Source of the DNA: an uncultured Chloroflexia bacterium
GTDB lineage: Bacteria > Chloroflexota > Limnocylindria > Limnocylindrales > CSP1-4
Direction of reading: 5' to 3'
NCBI GenBank assembly: GCA_963828165.1
Contig: CAWHDR010000005.1
Span: forward strand, 96,001-160,000
Length of the DNA: 64,000 nucleotides
In this document: positions 59,308 through 64,000 of the stretch, in pieces
Layout of the letters: the number at the start of each line of letters is the position of its first letter
How positions within the stretch are numbered: the stretch's first letter is position 1
Program-made: the position numbers and the translations under genes
Notes under the pieces: generated by a model
Database searches by the model: none
The model's input: only the letters and a program-made list of their open reading frames with translations
Told to the model about the DNA's origin: nothing

Positions 59308-60915
59308 TCAGCCCCGGTACCCGAGGTCCGCCAGCAGTTCGAGCGCGATGGCGCGTTCATCCCACGGCTGTTCGCCGTCCGGGCCGATGATCGAGCGCTC
59401 GTGGCCCTTGCCCGCCAGCAGCACGATGTCCCCGGGCCGAGCGGCCTCGAATGCGCTCGCGATGGCCGCACGACGGTCGGCGATGACCTGCAGGTCCTGA
59501 CCGCGTCGTCGTCCGGCCGTCTCCGCGCCCCGGGCGATCTCGTCGAGGATGGCCTCGCGTTCCTCGCCGCGTGGATCCTCGTCGGTCACGACCACGAGCC
59601 GCGACCGTTCGCCCGCGATCCGGCCCATCTGCGGCCGTTTCGCGGTGTCCCGTTCGCCCGCCGAGCCGAAGACCGCGATCAGGCCCCCGCCGCGGGCCGC
59701 TGCGGCCGGCGCCAGCAGGTCCAGCACGGTCTGGAGCGACGCCGGGCTGTGGGCGAAGTCGACCACGACACCGAACGGCTGGCCGGCCTCGATCCGCTCC
59801 ATCCGGCCTGGCACTCCCTCGAGCGAGGCCAGGCCGGCGAGGACGGCCGCCTCCTCCAGGCCAAGGACCTCGCCGAGGGCGACGACCGCGAGCGCGTTGT
59901 GGACATTGAAGCGGCCGGCCAGCAGCAGCTCGAGGGTCGCAGTGCCGCGGGGTCCCTCGACGTCGGCGCGCAGACGGTCGGCGTCCTCGGTGATGCGGAT
60001 GGCGCGGACGTCCGCCGCGGGTTCCGTGCCGTACGTCACGACATGCGCACCGGCGTCGCGAGCCGTCCCGATGAACGCACCCGCGGACGGGTCGTCGATG
60101 TTGACGATGGCCGCCGGAGCCACCGGCCGCGGCTTGCGCACGAGCCGCGCGTCGCGCAGGCGATCGAACAGCGACAGCTTCGCGTCGCGGTACGCCTCCC
60201 ACGTGCCGTGCAGCTCGAGATGCTCGTGGGTGAGGTTCGTGAGGATCGCGATGTCGTAGGCGACGCTGGCGACGCGATCGAGGGCCAGCCCGTGCGAGGT
60301 CGTCTCGATGACGGCCAGGTCGTCACCGGCGTCGACCATGGCCCGGAGCGTCGCCTGGAGCTCGGTCGCCTCGGGGGTCGTGGCGTGTGCCTCGTGGGCG
60401 TCCGTCCGGCCACCGATCCGCGTCGCGATGGTGCCGATCATCCCGACCCGCCGCCCCGCCGCCTCGAGGGCTGCGACCGCCAGGTAGGCCGTCGTGGTCT
60501 TGCCGTCCGTGCCGGTGATGCCGACCACCGTGAGCTCGTGCGACGGATCGCCGTACCACCACGCTGCCGCACTCGCGAGGGCGGGCCGCGACGCGTCCAC
60601 GACAAGCTGCGCGGCGGCCACGTCGGGGAGTGGTCGCTCCACGATCAGGGCGGTCGCACCACGATCGGCGGCGGCGGCCGCGAAATCGTGGCCGTCGACG
60701 TGCTCGCCGGGCACGGCCACGAACAGCGCGCCGTCGCCCACGGTGCGCGAATCATGGGTCACCGATGTGACGGCGATGTCGGCGAGCGCGGCGCCGCCGG
60801 CGGCACGTCCGTCGAGGCGCGTGCCGCGGAGGCGGTTCGCCGCGGTGAAGCGCGCGATGAGCTCGCTGAGCGGGCGGCTCGCTGGCAAGTCGCTGCGGTG
60901 CGAGGGATCGCTCAC
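59308..60915 (-). CDS. murE: UDP-MurNAc-tripeptide synthetase MurE
   Basis: GTDGKTTT, TTPE, DFAHSP, GERD..KRP.MG, EDPR, AGKGHE. Confidence 0.95.
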   Translation of the reverse strand: MSDPSHRSDLPASRPLSELIARFTAANRLRGTRLDGRAAGGAALADIAVTSVTHDSRTVGDGALFVAVPGEHVDGHDFAAAAADRGATALIVERPLPDVAAAQLVVDASRPALASAAAWWYGDPSHELTVVGITGTDGKTTTAYLAVAALEAAGRRVGMIGTIATRIGGRTDAHEAHATTPEATELQATLRAMVDAGDDLAVIETTSHGLALDRVASVAYDIAILTNLTHEHLELHGTWEAYRDAKLSLFDRLRDARLVRKPRPVAPAAIVNIDDPSAGAFIGTARDAGAHVVTYGTEPAADVRAIRITEDADRLRADVEGPRGTATLELLLAGRFNVHNALAVVALGEVLGLEEAAVLAGLASLEGVPGRMERIEAGQPFGVVVDFAHSPASLQTVLDLLAPAAAARGGGLIAVFGSAGERDTAKRPQMGRIAGERSRLVVVTDEDPRGEEREAILDEIARGAETAGRRRGQDLQVIADRRAAIASAFEAARPGDIVLLAGKGHERSIIGPDGEQPWDERAIALELLADLGYRG

Positions 60916-60928
60916 GTCGGGCGTGCCG

Positions 60929-62032
60929 TCATCGACGCACGAGCCTGGCGGCACGCGCCGCGGCCCGTCCCGCGAGATAGCGCCACGGTCGGATCACGCG
61001 CTCATGGGCCCCGGTCATCTCGACCCACTGGGCCCCGAACGAGCGCTTGTGCTCGTACAGGCCGAACATCGGCTCGCCGTCCACCGGTTCGCGGTGGTAC
61101 GGCCCGATGTCGACCCCGCCCAGGTCCATCTCCGTGCAGCGTTCCCGGATGGCCAGCTGGATCGCGCGCCAGCGCAGCAGGTGCATCAGGCCCGGATGGT
61201 CCGTACGCGCCCCCGTCCGATCCGCCGAGTGGACCGTGGTCAGGCGCCCCCCATGGCGGTACAGGACCAGTCCGCCGATCGACGTCCCGGCGTCGTCGTT
61301 CACCTCGAGGTAGACGAGCAGCCCCTGGTCATGGGCGAGCTGCCACCACGGGACGAAGGCCGTGCGCGGGCCGAACTGGAAGCCGCGCCGGCCACCCGTC
61401 GATTCGAGCAGCGAATAGAAGCCGTGCAGGGCCTCGCCGAGCGGGCGAGCGGGTGGGTCGAACTGCCCCTCATCGTCCGTCCAGCCGGCGGTGTCGTAGC
61501 GCGCCACCCGCAGGCCGGCCCGTTCGGCGCCGTTGACGCGCTGGCGAGTCGATTTCCCGAAGCCGGCGCGGATGTCGTCGTCAGTCGCATCCGGGGCCAG
61601 CGGCAGTGAGATCCGATGGCGCGACGGCTGGATCTCGGGGATCGGCCGGAAGCCCGACCGGCGGATGCGGTCCCCGTAGCCGGTGTCGGCCGGGAGCTCG
61701 GTATCGCTGGCCAGGACGTCCACGCCCCGACCGGCCAGATAGTCGGTGACGGCCGCGAGCCGGTCCGCGGTCGTCTCGGCGGTCTCGCCGGCGGCGATGG
61801 GTCCGCGGGGCAGGTACGCGCTGGAACCGCCGATGAACGGCCACGACCGTTCGAGCGCGAGCACCGCGAACCCGTCGTCGAAGCGCAGGAAGCGTGGCCG
61901 CCACCCGGAAGCCTCGCGATGCTCCGCCCAGGCCAGCGACTGGTAGACATGGCCGCCGGGCGCCCCCACGGCACGCCTGGCCCAGTCAGCCTGCTCCTCC
62001 GGGGTGGCTGGGGCGGACTCCGCGACGTTCAC
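60929..62032 (-). CDS. FemABX-family peptidyltransferase
   Basis: YQSLAWA, YLPRGP, LLRWRAI, MDLGG, HKRSFG. Confidence 0.85.
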   Translation of the reverse strand: MNVAESAPATPEEQADWARRAVGAPGGHVYQSLAWAEHREASGWRPRFLRFDDGFAVLALERSWPFIGGSSAYLPRGPIAAGETAETTADRLAAVTDYLAGRGVDVLASDTELPADTGYGDRIRRSGFRPIPEIQPSRHRISLPLAPDATDDDIRAGFGKSTRQRVNGAERAGLRVARYDTAGWTDDEGQFDPPARPLGEALHGFYSLLESTGGRRGFQFGPRTAFVPWWQLAHDQGLLVYLEVNDDAGTSIGGLVLYRHGGRLTTVHSADRTGARTDHPGLMHLLRWRAIQLAIRERCTEMDLGGVDIGPYHREPVDGEPMFGLYEHKRSFGAQWVEMTGAHERVIRPWRYLAGRAAARAARLVRR

Positions 62033-63081
62033 TCCGCGCCGCCGAATGCGGAGGCACTCCCGCCGCCGCCCAGGCCGTGACGCCGGCGCGACCACCAGAC
62101 GCGGGCACGACCAGCCGCCTCGTACACCGCACGCCCGAACGGGTCGAGCACGAGGTCCCACGCCCCGATGTAGCGGACCTCCCGACCTCCGAAGCCGGTC
62201 TTGAAATGCGCGATGCCCCCGGTCGCGAGGCCCCACAGGTCGTAGCTCGTGGCGCCTTGCTCGCGGGAGGTCCGGATCGCCTCCCACTTGAGCAGGTAGT
62301 TGGCCCGGCTCTCGGCACCGGCCTGGGTCATGCCGCCGTACGGCTCCACGACCCGCGGTCCGCAGCGGACGAGGAAGAGGGTCGCGAGCGGTTCGCCGTC
62401 GGCGGCTTGCGCGAACAGCAGCCGGGCACGGCCCGCCGGTCGATAGGCCTCCCAGACATCGCGGTAGGCCCGCTCGGTCCGGATCAGGAACCCGGCACGG
62501 TCCGCGGTGTCGCGGTAGATCCGGTAGAACTCGCCGAGCCGGTCGCCCTCGGCGTCCACCACGACCACACCGCCGCTCTTCGCCTTGTTGACGTACTGGC
62601 GCCATTTCTTGCGGAGGTCGCCCCACAACGCCTCCTCGTCCGCCCGCAGGTCGATCATCCGGGTCGACGACGGCTGGATGGGCGCGGCCGGTCGCCAGCC
62701 TGCCTCGCGCAGCGCCGATCGCAGCGATCCGTCGGCGTCGAGATGGGCGTCGAGTTCGATCTCCGGGTCGATGCGCAGGTGCGACACCCGCCCGGCGGCC
62801 GCCGGCAAGTCCGTGCGGATCGCTTCCGTGAACGCGCCGATCTCGTCCGCCGACCACGTCTGCGCCACGGGACCGCGCGGTGCGTAGGCGAACGCCCACG
62901 GCAACGGGCGTGGACGCCGGACGAGGACCTGTGCCCCGATCGCATCTCCGGCTTCCACCCGGTGCGCTGACCAGCCATTGACGGCCTTGACCTGCGCCCA
63001 TGCCTTGAGCTGCAGATAGGATCCGGGGTCGCTCGACTCGACGAATGCGTCCCAGTCGCTCGGGTCGGCGGAGGCCGTCAC
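62029..63081 (-). CDS. FemABX-family peptidyltransferase
   Basis: LQ..AWAQVK, YAPRGP, NYLLKWEAI, YDLWG, FKTGFGG. Confidence 0.9.
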   Translation of the reverse strand: MTASADPSDWDAFVESSDPGSYLQLKAWAQVKAVNGWSAHRVEAGDAIGAQVLVRRPRPLPWAFAYAPRGPVAQTWSADEIGAFTEAIRTDLPAAAGRVSHLRIDPEIELDAHLDADGSLRSALREAGWRPAAPIQPSSTRMIDLRADEEALWGDLRKKWRQYVNKAKSGGVVVVDAEGDRLGEFYRIYRDTADRAGFLIRTERAYRDVWEAYRPAGRARLLFAQAADGEPLATLFLVRCGPRVVEPYGGMTQAGAESRANYLLKWEAIRTSREQGATSYDLWGLATGGIAHFKTGFGGREVRYIGAWDLVLDPFGRAVYEAAGRARVWWSRRRHGLGGGGSASAFGGAE

Positions 63082-64000
63082 GACCGGCGCGGGCGGCGAA
63101 GCGCGTCGACCATGATCCCGACGATAGAGCGCAGTTCCTCGATCCGCAAGGCGAGCGCGGCGACCACGAAGACGGCCCCGAAGACGGCGGTGACGATCAC
63201 CATGACGCCGATCAGGCCGGGCACGTTCGCGAAGCCGCCGGCGCCCGGATCCGGGGCCAGCAACGGACCGACGTTCTCGTGGGCGACAAGACCCGCCAGG
63301 CCAGCGATCGCCGTCGCCAGGAGGACGCGCAGCCCGAGCCAGGCGACCGCCGCGAACCCGAGCTGCCCGACCCGACGACGCAGCAGGACCAGCAGGAACG
63401 TCGCCTCGAGCCAGGCGGCGACCGCGATGGCGAGGGCGATCCCCGGCAACCCCAGCGGCTCGACCAGGGCAACCGCGAGGGTCGTGTTGATGAGGACGGC
63501 CATCACCGCGATCGCCACCGGCGTGCGGGTGTCGTGGAGCGCGTAGAACGCCCGGGCCAGCACCGCGATCAGGGCATGCGCGACAAGCCCGACGAGGAAT
63601 GCGAGGAGGGTGTCGGCGGTCAGCTCGATCACCGACCGGGGGAATCCGCCGAACAGCACGGCGACCGTCTCGACCCGCAGGATGGCGCCGATGACCGCGA
63701 TCGGCAACATGAGCACCGTGAGGAAGCGCAGCGCGCGGGTCAGCAGGTCGACGAATTCGCCGCGGTTGCCCGTCGCCACCTCTCGCGACAGCGACGGGAA
63801 GAGCACGACGCCGAGCGGGACGCCGATGACCCCGATGGGGATCTGGAGCAGGGTGAACGCGTAGGTGAAGGCGGTCACGGCGCCGAGGCCAAGGCCGGTG
63901 GCCAGGCCCGTCACCACGAGGAACGTGATCTGGGTCGCCCCCAGGCCGATCGCCCGCGGCGCCATGAGCCCGAGGGCCTTCCGCGCGGCCGCGTCGGCCG
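63078..64000 (-). CDS. murJ: Lipid II flippase MurJ (5' end outside window)
   Basis: LQIPIGVIG..VLFPSLS, RAFYALHDTRTP. Confidence 0.93.
   Translation of the reverse strand, partial: ADAAARKALGLMAPRAIGLGATQITFLVVTGLATGLGLGAVTAFTYAFTLLQIPIGVIGVPLGVVLFPSLSREVATGNRGEFVDLLTRALRFLTVLMLPIAVIGAILRVETVAVLFGGFPRSVIELTADTLLAFLVGLVAHALIAVLARAFYALHDTRTPVAIAVMAVLINTTLAVALVEPLGLPGIALAIAVAAWLEATFLLVLLRRRVGQLGFAAVAWLGLRVLLATAIAGLAGLVAHENVGPLLAPDPGAGGFANVPGLIGVMVIVTAVFGAVFVVAALALRIEELRSIVGIMVDALRRPRRS

Overview
High-GC bacterial chromosome segment, almost all on the minus strand. It is most likely from Chloroflexota (Limnocylindria-like); this is an inference from gene content, not a database match. The core backbone is murJ-femX-femX-murE, rel, hisS, aspS, typA, iscS-mnmA, alaS-ftsA-like-baseplateJ-like-ruvX-mltG-pepP, efp, xseAB, dxs, tlyA-nadK-recN-xerD, scpAB-rluB-cmk-plsC-ispH, der-gpsA, tRNA-Pro(GGG) and moeA/moaC. 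An accessory region (~4.3-13.5 kb) begins at the tRNA-Pro 3' end. Best leads: (1) an orphan FtsA-type actin ATPase coupled to a membrane-anchored phage baseplate-J-like protein in an alaS-ruvX-mltG operon with no prophage nearby; (2) a wall-anchored lysyl oxidase with intact Cu/LTQ residues paired with an SLH-anchored PQQ-type dehydrogenase; (3) a ~155-nt structured, apparently switchable RNA leader ahead of a gene with a basic N-terminal helix; (4) an ECF sigma/anti-sigma cassette bracketed by ~130-bp direct repeats of an ATP-dependent DNA ligase 3' end. Also seen: many apparently leaderless genes, several unannotated small ORFs, and +1 frameshifts in lit, mnmA and rel that are probably assembly errors. 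No CRISPR array, rRNA, transposase or island integrase was seen.
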